The position numbers and the translations under genes were made by a program. This document shows positions 30,693-40,067 of a DNA stretch of 64,000 nt, piece by piece. Each line of letters opens with the position of its first letter. Within the stretch, counting starts at the first letter, position 1. The notes below the pieces were generated by a model. That model saw nothing but the letters and a program-made list of their open reading frames with translations. It searched no databases and had not been told where the DNA came from. Source of the stretch: an uncultured Desulfovibrio sp. (GTDB taxonomy: Bacteria; Desulfobacterota; Desulfovibrionia; Desulfovibrionales; Desulfovibrionaceae); assembly GCA_900546145.1 (NCBI GenBank), contig URBN01000001.1, forward strand, positions 5,144 through 69,143, written 5' to 3'.

Positions 30693-31970
30693 CTACATTT
30701 CGGGCGGAAGCTCATCGAGCTGCTTCTGCGAAAATACCGGGCCATCGAGGCAGACGTATTTGCCGCCGATGCCGCAGCGGCCGCAGATGCCGATACCGCA
30801 CTTCATTCTCTTTTCAAGGGAGGTGAAGACGTTTTCGTGCGAGAAGCCAAGTTCATCGAGAGCCTGCAGGGTGAACTTGATCATGATGGGCGGTCCGACG
30901 AGAACAGCCACGGTATTGTCCGGGCTGGGTTTCAGCTCGCGCAGCACGTTGGGGATGAGTCCCACATTGTGCGTCCAGCCTTCAGCTTCCCGGTCGATGG
31001 TAAGCGTGCAGTCCAGATCCGGATTATTCATCCAGCCTTCCAGCTCGTAGCTGTAAGCCAGATCCTGGGGGGACTTGCCGCCATACAGGAGGCTGATCTT
31101 GCCGTAGTCTTCCTTATGTTCGAGCAGGTGGAGCATGACAGTGCGGATAGGCGCCATGCCGATGCCGCCGCCAATGAAGAACACGTTCTTGCCCTTCCAG
31201 TCCTTGAAAGGCCACGGACGTCCGAGAGGAGCCCTGACGCCGACCTTGTCGCCCTTGCAGAGCTCATGGACAGCGGTGGTCACTTCGCCGGCCTGCATGA
31301 CGGAGAACTGGATGTAGTCCTTCATGGAAGGCGGGTTGTTGATGACGAAGGTGGATTCGCCCACACCGAAGACAGAGAGCTGACCGACCTGCCCGGGTTC
31401 GAAGGTGAAGTTCTTCATTTCCTCGGGATCATCGAGGACAACGCGAATCGTCTTGATGTTGTGCGTTTCGCGGATGACATCGACGACAGTGGCAGCCATG
31501 GGTTTGTATGGATTGCCCTTAATCATCGGGCGGGGAGCAACGGGCGTCAGCTTGCTGCCGTCCGGATTAGGCTTGAGAACAGTCTGTGTTGTCACGGTTT
31601 TCTCCGCCTCTTTTTTACTTTCAGGGGATGTTGCAGCGGCCTCGCGGGCGGGCTCTTCAGCCTTTGGCGCCTCGGCAGGGATCTCAGCCTCGGAGGCGGG
31701 AGCGGCCTCCTTCGCAGCCTCGGCCTCTTCCTTCTCAGGCTGGGCTTCGGCTTTGGCAGCCTCGGCGGGAGCCTTGGCTTCTTCCTTCACGGCAGGAGCT
31801 TCAGCTTTGACAGCTTCGGCGGGAGCCTTGGCTTCTTCCTTCACGGCAGGAGCTTCAGCTTTGACAGCCTCGGCAGGAGCGGCCGTCAGAGTCTTTTTGC
31901 TTCTGCGCGTGGTGTTCTTTTTGGCTGAGGCCGTCTTTTTATTTTTTCCGGATGTTTTCTTTGTAGCCAT
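30693..31970 (-). CDS. flxA: FlxA: FAD/NAD(P)-binding ferredoxin-reductase-like subunit with C-terminal Fe-S cluster and a 150-aa Lys/Ala/Glu-rich repetitive N-terminal extension
   Basis: The C-terminal 275 aa have an AsrB/HydG/PyrK-like fold (GGGIGMAPI, with Cys motif CGIGICGRCGIGG...C). The N-terminus is AKAPAEAVKAEAPAVKEE repeats. The gene is translationally coupled to flxB (10-nt gap). Confidence 0.7.
   Translation of the reverse strand: MATKKTSGKNKKTASAKKNTTRRSKKTLTAAPAEAVKAEAPAVKEEAKAPAEAVKAEAPAVKEEAKAPAEAAKAEAQPEKEEAEAAKEAAPASEAEIPAEAPKAEEPAREAAATSPESKKEAEKTVTTQTVLKPNPDGSKLTPVAPRPMIKGNPYKPMAATVVDVIRETHNIKTIRVVLDDPEEMKNFTFEPGQVGQLSVFGVGESTFVINNPPSMKDYIQFSVMQAGEVTTAVHELCKGDKVGVRAPLGRPWPFKDWKGKNVFFIGGGIGMAPIRTVMLHLLEHKEDYGKISLLYGGKSPQDLAYSYELEGWMNNPDLDCTLTIDREAEGWTHNVGLIPNVLRELKPSPDNTVAVLVGPPIMIKFTLQALDELGFSHENVFTSLEKRMKCGIGICGRCGIGGKYVCLDGPVFSQKQLDELPPEM
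31757..31880. repeat. 54-bp tandem repeat (about 2.3 copies) inside the flxA 5' region
   Basis: The unit CAGCCTCGGCGGGAGCCTTGGCTTCTTCCTTCACGGCAGGAGCTTCAGCTTTGA is repeated with one mismatch. It encodes the 18-aa peptide repeats. Confidence 0.7.
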
Positions 31971-31982
31971 TATGAACCCTCA

Positions 31983-33053
31983 TTACTTTGAGCTTTCAGC
32001 AGGCTCTTCGGCGATGGCATCCAGAACGATCTGACGGATATCAATGCGTGCGGGGCAGTTGCTGATGCAGCGGCCGCAGCCCATGCAGGAGAAGGCGCCC
32101 CAGTTTTCCGGATAGGTGGAGAACTTGTGAGTGACGCGCTGGCGCATGTGCGTGGCCTTTGTGGGACGCGGATTGTAGCCGCTGGCTTCCTGTGTAAACA
32201 GGGCGCTCATGCAGTTATCCCAGGAACGGATACGGCGGCCGGGCTTGCCGACGCCGGTACCTTCGTCCGTGATGTTGAAGCAGTAGCAGCTCGGGCAGAA
32301 GTACGTGCAGGCGCCGCAGCTGAGGCATCTGTCGGACTCTCTGGTCCAGAAGTCGAGATCCCGGAACTTGGCGAGAACGCGGGCGGGAGCCTGGGAAAGG
32401 TCGGGCTTCTTGCTCAGAGTGGCCCAGGCAGCCTTGCGTACATCCATAAGTTCCTTTTCTCTGTCCGCGGCGTCGGGAAGCTGGCAGGCTTCGAGGACGG
32501 CCTTGCCCTTTTCGGACACGGCCTGCAGGATGTAGCCGTCAGGCATCTCGGTCATGAGGACATCGGAGCCCTCCGGTGAGGAGGGACCGCCGCCGACCCA
32601 GTGACAGAAGCAGGTGTTGCAGCCGGTATTACAGGTCAGGGTAAAGACTGTGAGAGCCTTGCGCCTGGCCTCATAATAGGGGTCTTTGTAGAGGCCGTTC
32701 ATGTAGGGACGGTCGAGGGTGGCGTAGCCTCTGGCATCGCATGCCCTGCAGCCGAACACAACGGTGGGTTCTGCTTCGATAGTGTCGTTGATGGTCAGGT
32801 TGTATTCTCCGGGCTGGTCCGGATTGGGTTTCTTCTCGTAGGTCAGAAGAGTCTCACTGTGGGGGAGGACGGCGTCCTTGGCGGGCACAGTCGCTTTGGC
32901 CAGGGTGAACTCAAGTCCTTCATGCCACGGTTCGAAGACGATGGACTTTTTGACGGCGGGTTTCTCGACGGGAACCAGAACACGGTTTTCCTTGGCCAGG
33001 AAAGCGAGGAGGGCCGGGAGATCCGATTTTTTTGCGAAACGATAGATAGGCAT
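31983..33053 (-). CDS. flxB: FlxB: AsrA-like polyferredoxin iron-sulfur subunit
   Basis: The 356-aa protein has several CxxCxxCxxxCP clusters (CLSCGACTYFCPSC, CMGCGRCISNCP). Confidence 0.6.
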   Translation of the reverse strand: MPIYRFAKKSDLPALLAFLAKENRVLVPVEKPAVKKSIVFEPWHEGLEFTLAKATVPAKDAVLPHSETLLTYEKKPNPDQPGEYNLTINDTIEAEPTVVFGCRACDARGYATLDRPYMNGLYKDPYYEARRKALTVFTLTCNTGCNTCFCHWVGGGPSSPEGSDVLMTEMPDGYILQAVSEKGKAVLEACQLPDAADREKELMDVRKAAWATLSKKPDLSQAPARVLAKFRDLDFWTRESDRCLSCGACTYFCPSCYCFNITDEGTGVGKPGRRIRSWDNCMSALFTQEASGYNPRPTKATHMRQRVTHKFSTYPENWGAFSCMGCGRCISNCPARIDIRQIVLDAIAEEPAESSK

Positions 33054-33056
33054 CTT

Positions 33057-34529
33057 TTACAGCTCCCTCTGCTTAATATGCGCTTCCTCTTTCTGGTACG
33101 TGAGGAGCGGCGGTTCGGCTTCGGCATCCATGCCGCTCTGATAGCCGTCAAAAAGCCCGGCTATCACGCGGGCGATCTGCTGGCGCAGGGCCAGAATCGG
33201 GATGCCCATCGGGCAGGCCCTCTGGCATTCGCCGCAGAGCGTGCAGCGGCCGGCAAGGTGCATGGTGTGGATGCACTGGAAGTACAGTTTCTCGCGGGTC
33301 GTGTTTTCCTGTGTAATGAAGTGCGGCTCGCGGGAATCGGCGATGCAGTAATCCTTGCACACGCACATGGGGCAGGCGTTGCGGCATGCGTAGCAGCGGA
33401 TGCAGCGTTCCATTTCGCCTTTCCAGAAGGCGAAGCGCTGTTCCAGCGTCATGGCGTCGAGCATAGCCAGCTCAGGAGGAGTTCCGGGCTGTTTTTCAAT
33501 GGCCGGAGCTTCACCGAAGGACACATCGGACACCTTGGCCTTGGGCATGGCGCAGTTGTAGCACTTGCCCTGGGCGCAGTCGGTGATGCAGAAGCGGTGC
33601 TCCTTGCCATCGGCGGTGATGGTCACACCGGCCTCGTCATAGACGACCTTGTCGATGGTCCTGTAGCGGCCGAGTTCCTGGTCGATGCGGGCCATGTCGA
33701 AGGTGCCTTCGCAGGGCAGGGAGAAGATGGTGATGTTTTCTCTCGGGATGAGGTTTTCCTGGAGGAGCTCAACCACGGAGCGGGAGTCGCAGCCCTTTAC
33801 CACCACGCCGACTTTGGGGAGCTTGTCCTGCGGCAGCGTACGGCCGATGAGGCCGGTGAGATAGGTGGCGGGGTTGTTCACGTTGAAGGGACCCCACACC
33901 AGTTTGTCCACGTCTTCAGCCCTGCGCATGAAGAGCGGCACGGTATGGGCCGCGTCGTCGCCCTGCTGCCAGCCGATGACGATATCGAGGCCGTTGCCGA
34001 GCTTTTCTTTGATGGCGGCCTTGAGCTCGTCGAGCTTCGCCTTCTGGCCGGTGCCGAGAGGACGCAGGGGCTGCAGGGCCATATCGGCAACCTCAAGCAG
34101 CTTGTCCGCGTTCTCGAGACGGGGCGCGGGTCCGAGCTTGTGCACTCTTTCGGTGAAGGCGGTCACCACGTGCTGCCAGCGCTGGCCTTCCGAAGCGGAA
34201 ACCCAGGTGTACTCGAAGCGCCTGTCGTCGATGCCGAGGATGGGGAGGAACTGCTTCAGGACTTCGAGCCTGCGGCGGGCGTAGAAGTTGCCTGCAGAAT
34301 AATGGCAGTCATTGGGATGGCAGCCGGAGACGAGCACGCCGTCGGCGCCATTGACGAGGGCCCTCAGAATGAAAAGGGGATCAATGCGTCCCGAGCAGGG
34401 GACGCGGATAATCCTGAGGTCAGTGGGCTGCTTCGCGCGCGCGACGCCAGCCGTATCGGCGCCCCCGTAGGAGCACCAGTTGCACAGGAAAGCGACAATC
34501 CTGAGCTCTTTGCCTTCTAGAACTGGCAT
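33057..34529 (-). CDS. flxDC: FlxD-FlxC-like: MvhD-like domain fused to iron-sulfur (F420-non-reducing hydrogenase beta-like) domain
   Basis: The N-terminal 140 aa are MvhD-like (IVAFLCNWCSYGGAD...IRVPCSGR). The C-terminus carries CIRCYACRNACPMC and CTLCGECQRACPMG clusters. Confidence 0.6.
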   Translation of the reverse strand: MPVLEGKELRIVAFLCNWCSYGGADTAGVARAKQPTDLRIIRVPCSGRIDPLFILRALVNGADGVLVSGCHPNDCHYSAGNFYARRRLEVLKQFLPILGIDDRRFEYTWVSASEGQRWQHVVTAFTERVHKLGPAPRLENADKLLEVADMALQPLRPLGTGQKAKLDELKAAIKEKLGNGLDIVIGWQQGDDAAHTVPLFMRRAEDVDKLVWGPFNVNNPATYLTGLIGRTLPQDKLPKVGVVVKGCDSRSVVELLQENLIPRENITIFSLPCEGTFDMARIDQELGRYRTIDKVVYDEAGVTITADGKEHRFCITDCAQGKCYNCAMPKAKVSDVSFGEAPAIEKQPGTPPELAMLDAMTLEQRFAFWKGEMERCIRCYACRNACPMCVCKDYCIADSREPHFITQENTTREKLYFQCIHTMHLAGRCTLCGECQRACPMGIPILALRQQIARVIAGLFDGYQSGMDAEAEPPLLTYQKEEAHIKQREL

Positions 34530-36478
34530 AACGTGTTAACCTCCGCGAGAATCTCATTGTCGGTAGCGTGCGAGAGCTGGATGGCACCCTGCGGGCACGT
34601 GGACGTGCACACGCCGCAGCCCTGGCAGACAGTGTCGATGACCTTGGCCTTGAGCTGTCCGCGGAAGGCTTCTTCCTTGATGGCTCCGAAGGGGCAGCAC
34701 TTGATGCACTTGCCGCAGTCGACGCATCTCTTCACGTCAACGTGGGCAATCTGCGGATCGTTCTGCAGCTTGTCGCGGCTGAACAGGGAAAGAACCTTGG
34801 CCGCGGCTGCGGAACCCTGGGCGACGGAATTCGGGATATCCTTGGTGCCCTGGCAGACGCCGGCGAGGAACACGCCGGCCGTATTGGTTTCCACGGGGCG
34901 CAGCTTCGGATGGCTTTCCATGAAGAATCCGTAGTGGTCGTAGGAAATGCGCAGTTTTTCGGCCAGGGCGGCAGCGCCGTGGCTGGCTTCGATGCCGACC
35001 GCAAGGACGACCATGTCAACGGTCACCTGGACCTGGGTGCCGAGAAGGGTGTCGGCGCCCATGACCACGTACTGACCGTTTCCGTCAGGGTAGATCTTGG
35101 AAACACGGCCGCGGATGTACTCTGTGCCGTATTCCTCGACAGCCCTGCGGGTAAACTCGTCATAGCCTTTGCCCACAGCGCGGATGTCCATGTAGAAGAC
35201 ATAGGACTGGGAATCCGGGATGTGGTCCTTGGTCAGAACGGCCTGCTTCGCGGTGTACATGCAGCAGAAGCCGGAGCAGAGGTTCCTGCCACGTGAGGGA
35301 TCACGGGAGCCGACGCACTGGATGAAGGCGATCTTCTTGGGCTCCTTGCCGTCGGAGGGGCGCACGATGTGGCCGCCGGTGGGGCCGGAGGCGTTGAGCA
35401 GACGTTCGTACTGCAGTGAGGTAATGACGTCGGGGTATTTGCCTCCGCCGTACTGCTCGTACACGGTCCAGTCCATGAGGTCATAACCGGTGGCGGCGAT
35501 GATGCAGCCGACCTTTTCCGTGATGAGCTCGTCCTTCATTTCATAATTGATGGCCTTTGTGGGGCACACCTTGGCGCAGACGCCGCATTTGCCCGTGGTC
35601 AGCTTTTTGCAGTACTGCGGGTTGATGCTGGCGCGTTTGGGAATGGCCTGGGGGAACGGGATGTTGATGGCAGTGGTTTTGCCGACGTTCTCATTGAAGT
35701 GGTCCGGCACGTTCTTGGTGGGGCACTTTTCCGTACACGTGCCGCAGCCGGTGCACTTGGACCAGTCAACGTAGGTAGCGCGCTTCTTGATGGTGACGTC
35801 AAAGTTGCCGACATAGCCGGACACGTCCTGAACCTCGGAGCACGCGTAGAGGGTGATGTTGGGGTTCTGGGACACGTCCACCATCTTGGGACCGAGAATG
35901 CAGGCGGCGCAGTCCACGGTGGGGAAGGTCTTGTCGAGCTTGGCCATCTTGCCGCCGATGGTGGGCTCGCGCTCCACGAGCAGGACCTTGATGCCGGCAT
36001 CAGCGCAGTCGAGAGCAGCCTGAATGCCGGCGACGCCGCCGCCGATAATCAGGACGCGCTTGTTGATGTCAAAGCTCTGAGCCTGGAGGGGACGGTTGTG
36101 GCGCAGTTTGGCCACGGCGATGCTGACGAGTTCGGTGGCCTTGTTGGTGTTGGCTTCCTTGTCCTTGCCGATCCAGGAGACGTGCTCGCGGATGTTGGCC
36201 ATTTCGAACATGTAGCGGTTCAGTCCGGCACGTTCGACAGTGCGGCGGAAGGTGGGCTCGTGCATGCGCGGGGAACAGGAAGCGACGACCACGCCCGTGA
36301 GGTTGTGCTCGTGAATGGCCTTTTCGATGGCCGCCTGGCCGGGCTCGGCGCAGGTGTACATTAAGTCTGTGGCGTAAACGACGTCGGCAAAACCGAGGGC
36401 GTTCTTGGCAACCTGGGCACAGTCAACGGTGCCGCCGATGTTGCTGCCACAGTGGCAGACAAAAACTCCTATCCTCAT
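34517..36478 (-). CDS. hdrA: heterodisulfide reductase subunit A-like flavoprotein
   Basis: It has the HdrA N-terminal Cys cluster (IGVFVCHCGSNIGG), an FAD site (VLIIGGGVAGIQAAL) and a C-terminal ferredoxin domain. A GGAGG ribosome-binding site is present. Confidence 0.9.
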   Translation of the reverse strand: MRIGVFVCHCGSNIGGTVDCAQVAKNALGFADVVYATDLMYTCAEPGQAAIEKAIHEHNLTGVVVASCSPRMHEPTFRRTVERAGLNRYMFEMANIREHVSWIGKDKEANTNKATELVSIAVAKLRHNRPLQAQSFDINKRVLIIGGGVAGIQAALDCADAGIKVLLVEREPTIGGKMAKLDKTFPTVDCAACILGPKMVDVSQNPNITLYACSEVQDVSGYVGNFDVTIKKRATYVDWSKCTGCGTCTEKCPTKNVPDHFNENVGKTTAINIPFPQAIPKRASINPQYCKKLTTGKCGVCAKVCPTKAINYEMKDELITEKVGCIIAATGYDLMDWTVYEQYGGGKYPDVITSLQYERLLNASGPTGGHIVRPSDGKEPKKIAFIQCVGSRDPSRGRNLCSGFCCMYTAKQAVLTKDHIPDSQSYVFYMDIRAVGKGYDEFTRRAVEEYGTEYIRGRVSKIYPDGNGQYVVMGADTLLGTQVQVTVDMVVLAVGIEASHGAAALAEKLRISYDHYGFFMESHPKLRPVETNTAGVFLAGVCQGTKDIPNSVAQGSAAAAKVLSLFSRDKLQNDPQIAHVDVKRCVDCGKCIKCCPFGAIKEEAFRGQLKAKVIDTVCQGCGVCTSTCPQGAIQLSHATDNEILAEVNTLCQF

Positions 36479-37392
36479 GCGTTGCCTCCTTTGGCGGCCT
36501 TGTCTCTGGCCGCGGTGCTCAGCGCCCTGATTTTGTCAATGACGCGATCGGGGCTGACACAGAGCTTCTTCAGTCCGAGTTCGTCGGCGCTGCATCCGAA
36601 AGCGATACCCATCAGCTGGGTATAGTAGAGGACAGGAATGTTGAACTTGGTGCCTTCGGCCTTGGCGGCCTGCTTCTGGCGCAGGTCAAGGTTCATCTGG
36701 CAGAGCGGGCAGCACACGGCGACGCAGTCGGCGCCCATACGCACGGCGAGCTCAAGGATGCGCCCGGAGTTGCGGGCCGTGAGCGGGCGGTGCGGGATGC
36801 CGGAGGAAGCGCCGCAGCATTCCGTCTTCAGGGGGAAGTCGAGGATGCTGTCAGCGCCGCAGGCAGCGAGCAGGCTTTCCATGAGGCTCGGATTCTCGGG
36901 ATCGCCGAAATTCATGAGTTCCGGCGGACGGCTCATGAGGCAGCCGTAGTAGGGAGCGATCTTGATGCCGGCGAGGGGGCTGGTCACGTGTTTCCTGATC
37001 GCGTCAGCGTCCCTCAGGCGGCCGATGCACTGCATGACGGAAATGGTTTCGGGAAGCTTCTCCGGAGCGGGCTCGTCGAGGAGTCCGTTCACCCTGTCCC
37101 TGAACTCGGGGTTCTCCATGCGCTGGCGGGCGTGGAGAAGGTTGGAGAGGCAGCTCGGGCAGGGGGTGACCACCGTGTCCGCACCCTGTTTGGCAGCCAG
37201 GGAGAGATTGCGGGTGCAGAGGGCCGCGGAAAGTTCCGTGCTTACCGCGTGAGCGGGGGTGGAGCCGCAGCAGTTCCAGTCTTTGATTTCTTCCGCCTGG
37301 ATCCCGAGGACCTTGCAGACGGCCTGAGAGGAGAGCTCGTAGTCAAGAGAGGACCCCTTGGCCGAGCATCCGGGGTAATATGCTAACTTCAT
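36475..37392 (-). CDS. hdrB: heterodisulfide reductase subunit B-like (CCG domains)
   Basis: The CCG-domain cysteine clusters are present (WNCCGST, PCPSC, ECCGASSG). It overlaps hdrA and hdrC by 4 nt each. Confidence 0.85.
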   Translation of the reverse strand: MKLAYYPGCSAKGSSLDYELSSQAVCKVLGIQAEEIKDWNCCGSTPAHAVSTELSAALCTRNLSLAAKQGADTVVTPCPSCLSNLLHARQRMENPEFRDRVNGLLDEPAPEKLPETISVMQCIGRLRDADAIRKHVTSPLAGIKIAPYYGCLMSRPPELMNFGDPENPSLMESLLAACGADSILDFPLKTECCGASSGIPHRPLTARNSGRILELAVRMGADCVAVCCPLCQMNLDLRQKQAAKAEGTKFNIPVLYYTQLMGIAFGCSADELGLKKLCVSPDRVIDKIRALSTAARDKAAKGGNA

Positions 37393-37976
37393 GGACGGAC
37401 CCCTTCCTTCTTGGCACGTTCCTTATAACGTTTGAAAATGCGCGCCACGGATTCCGCAGCCGCCTTGTCGGGAATGACATGGGGCTTGATGCTGAGCTTG
37501 TTCTTCATAAGGGCCATGGGCGCAAGATCGAGATCGGTGTACAGGCGCAGGGAACGCAGCATGTACAGGGCCATGGTGCCGATTTCATAGCTGCGTCCGA
37601 ACGCCCTGACGGTGTCCAGGAACGAAAACCAGAATTTTTCCATACGGCGGACGCTGACCACGTTCTTGCGGCGGGCCATATGACGGAGCGTCTCCATAAC
37701 CCCGGCCACGTCGATGTCGTTGGGGCAGCGCAGGGAGCAGGTGGAGCAGGACAGGCACATCCAGATGGATTTGGAGCTCAGTACTTTTTCCTTCAGGCCG
37801 AGCTGAATGCCCCGCATGATCTGGTTGGGCTGCATGTCGTAGTCTGGCGATGCAGGACAGCCGGCCGTGCAGTTGCCGCACTGGTAACAGTTGCTGATGT
37901 TTTGCCCGCTTTCGGTCTCAACCTCTTTCTGGAAGGCCGGGTCCTTTGAGCGGACGAGATCAACGGTCTCTCTCAT
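37389..37976 (-). CDS. hdrC: heterodisulfide reductase subunit C-like (2x[4Fe-4S])
   Basis: It carries CYQCGNCTAGCP and CLSCSTCSLRCP. It is the first gene of the operon, with a GGAGGG ribosome-binding site. Confidence 0.85.
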   Translation of the reverse strand: MRETVDLVRSKDPAFQKEVETESGQNISNCYQCGNCTAGCPASPDYDMQPNQIMRGIQLGLKEKVLSSKSIWMCLSCSTCSLRCPNDIDVAGVMETLRHMARRKNVVSVRRMEKFWFSFLDTVRAFGRSYEIGTMALYMLRSLRLYTDLDLAPMALMKNKLSIKPHVIPDKAAAESVARIFKRYKERAKKEGVRP

Positions 37977-38184
37977 TTTTCCCTCCGACGCGCTTCCTGG
38001 CAGACAGGAAACGCTCTACAGGCGTTTATCTAACGGCCGAGTTGTTGCAGTGATCCCGAAAGGATGCAGATGGCAGGAGGTGCTGCATCGGCTTTTCAGG
38101 CAGGCGTCTCTGCCCCGGCTGATAAAAGCGTAGTATATAACAGGAATCAAATTTATCCAGTTCTATGGGAAATTGCTACTTTTT

Positions 38185-38200
38185 TCACGATTTTTCGTGA
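38185..38200. promoter_or_regulatory. inverted repeat TCACGA-N4-TCGTGA, candidate operator upstream of hdrCBA-flxDCBA
   Basis: A perfect 6-bp inverted repeat with a TTTT spacer sits about 210 nt upstream of the hdrC start, in the 256-bp intergenic region. Confidence 0.3.
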
Positions 38201-38232
38201 CAGCCGGAAAAAATACACAGACCGGGGCCGGT

Positions 38233-38721
38233 TTATTCCGTTTTCCCGTCCTGCGCTCCGGCTGTTCCGGCCTCCCGTTCCCGTACGGCGTGATCGAGGG
38301 CCATGAGGCCGAGGAGGTAGCTGTTTGACCCGAAGCCCTCGATGCAGCCGCAGCAGGCCGGCGCGATGACGGACTGGTGGCGGAATGATTCCCTTCCCTG
38401 CACGTGGGACATGTGCACTTCGACCACGGGACAGTGCAGGATGTCGAGAGCATCAAGCAGAGCGTAGCTGTAGTGGGTCCAGGCGCCTGCATTGATGACG
38501 ACGCCTCTGGTTCCGTCCGTGAGGGCTTTATGAATTCTGTCCACGAGCGCGCCCTCGTAGTTGCTCTGATAGAAATCGAGAGTGACGCCCATCTGGGAGG
38601 CCAGGTGTCTGAGCGCATTATTGATGTCATCCAGGGTGGCTGTGCCGTAGACGGCGGGATCCCGCCTGCCGAACATGTTCAGATTGACACCGTGGAGAAT
38701 AAGATAGTCATGCTGGGTCAT
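38233..38721 (-). CDS. aroQ: type II 3-dehydroquinate dehydratase
   Basis: MTQHDYLILHGVNLNMFGRRDPAVYG... has the AroQ signature. The start was moved to an internal Met (ORF track 38787). Confidence 0.85.
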   Translation of the reverse strand: MTQHDYLILHGVNLNMFGRRDPAVYGTATLDDINNALRHLASQMGVTLDFYQSNYEGALVDRIHKALTDGTRGVVINAGAWTHYSYALLDALDILHCPVVEVHMSHVQGRESFRHQSVIAPACCGCIEGFGSNSYLLGLMALDHAVREREAGTAGAQDGKTE

Positions 38722-38799
38722 GTTGTCTTCCGTCTTCAGGGACAGACACCGGCCGGGATCGAGGGGACACCGGCCGGCCTGGTTCATGGAATTTGGGAA

Positions 38800-39990
38800 C
38801 TAGGCGAATTTTCTGCGGGCGGCGGCGAAACCGTCGGCTGCATTGCGTATGACCTTCTCGTCCACACAGAAGGCGAGGCGGAAGTAGCCGGGGCAGCCGA
38901 AGCCCGTGCCGGGCACACCGAGCACGCATTCCTTGGTGAGTTCGGCGATGAAGGCCTGATCGTCTCCGCCGGGGGCCTTGGGGAAGAAGTAGAAGGCGCC
39001 GCGGGGCATGGTGAACTCGTAGCCGGCTTCGGTAAGAACCTCGGCCATGGCGTTGCGGCGGCGCAGGTAGATATTGCTGTCCACGGTGCTGCCGAGGCCT
39101 GCGACCATGATGTGCTGGCCGACAATGGGGGCGTTGACGTAGCCGAGTATGCGGTTGGTGAGCGTGATGGCAGCGATAAATTCGTCGCGGCGGTCAAGAA
39201 GCGGGGACGGTACGGCATAGCCGATCCGCTCCCCGGGGAGAGACATGTTCTTGGAGAAGGAGCTCAGGAGTACGGCGTAAGGGTAGAGCGGCAGCACAGA
39301 GGGAACGACGGCTCCGTCGTAGGCCAGGAAGCGGTAGGGTTCGTCGCTGAGCAGCCAGATGGGATGGCCGACCTCGCGGCTCTTCTTTTCGAGGACGGAG
39401 ACGATATCTTTCAGGATGTCCAGACTGTAGATGGCGCCGGTGGGGTTGTTCGGGGAATTGATGATGACGGCCCTGGTCTTTTTGGAAATAGCGGCCTCAA
39501 GGGCGTTCACATCGGGTTCCCACGTGTCTTTTTTCGTATTGACACGGGTGAGGTAGCCGCCGTGGTTGGCGACGTAGAAATTGTATTCGACGAAGTAGGG
39601 GGCAAAGGTGATCAGTTCCTCTCCGGGATTGAATATGGCCCGGAGGACGGCGTTGAGGGCGCTGGCCGCTCCGACGCTGATGATGAGACCGTTGCCGTCA
39701 ATCTGCACGCCCTGTTCCTTTGAGACCCATTTCGCGAGAGCTTCTCTCGCCCAGGGGGCACCGGCGTTGGGCGTATAGCCGAACGCGAAAGGCTGGTCGC
39801 ATTTGGCGGCGAAGTCCTGCAGTCCCTTCACGACCGCTTTGGGGGCGGGGAGATCCGGGTTGCCCAGGGAAAAGTCGTAAACCTTGTCGTTGCCGTACTT
39901 CTTCCTCAGCTCGATGCCCGCCTCGAACATGCGGCGGATCATGGAGGAGTGGGCCATATATCCTTCTACAGCTTTAGAGAGCAGTTCCAT
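38800..39990 (-). CDS. class I/II PLP-dependent aminotransferase (aspartate/aromatic aminotransferase-like)
   Basis: SFSKNMSLPGERIG contains the PLP lysine. An AGGAGG ribosome-binding site lies before MELLSKAVEG. It neighbours aro genes. Confidence 0.8.
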   Translation of the reverse strand: MELLSKAVEGYMAHSSMIRRMFEAGIELRKKYGNDKVYDFSLGNPDLPAPKAVVKGLQDFAAKCDQPFAFGYTPNAGAPWAREALAKWVSKEQGVQIDGNGLIISVGAASALNAVLRAIFNPGEELITFAPYFVEYNFYVANHGGYLTRVNTKKDTWEPDVNALEAAISKKTRAVIINSPNNPTGAIYSLDILKDIVSVLEKKSREVGHPIWLLSDEPYRFLAYDGAVVPSVLPLYPYAVLLSSFSKNMSLPGERIGYAVPSPLLDRRDEFIAAITLTNRILGYVNAPIVGQHIMVAGLGSTVDSNIYLRRRNAMAEVLTEAGYEFTMPRGAFYFFPKAPGGDDQAFIAELTKECVLGVPGTGFGCPGYFRLAFCVDEKVIRNAADGFAAARRKFA

Positions 39991-40067
39991 GGAGACCTCC
40001 TGTCTTGTCATTGGCCATTGTATAAGCTATTACTTGGGGTAATACACTTTTTCGGTGGAGGTTTTCA

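Noticed and set aside
32601-34520. 639-aa plus-strand ORF antisense to flxB/flxDC
   Set aside because: It is antisense to Fe-S proteins with conserved Cys motifs. Its translation is low complexity.
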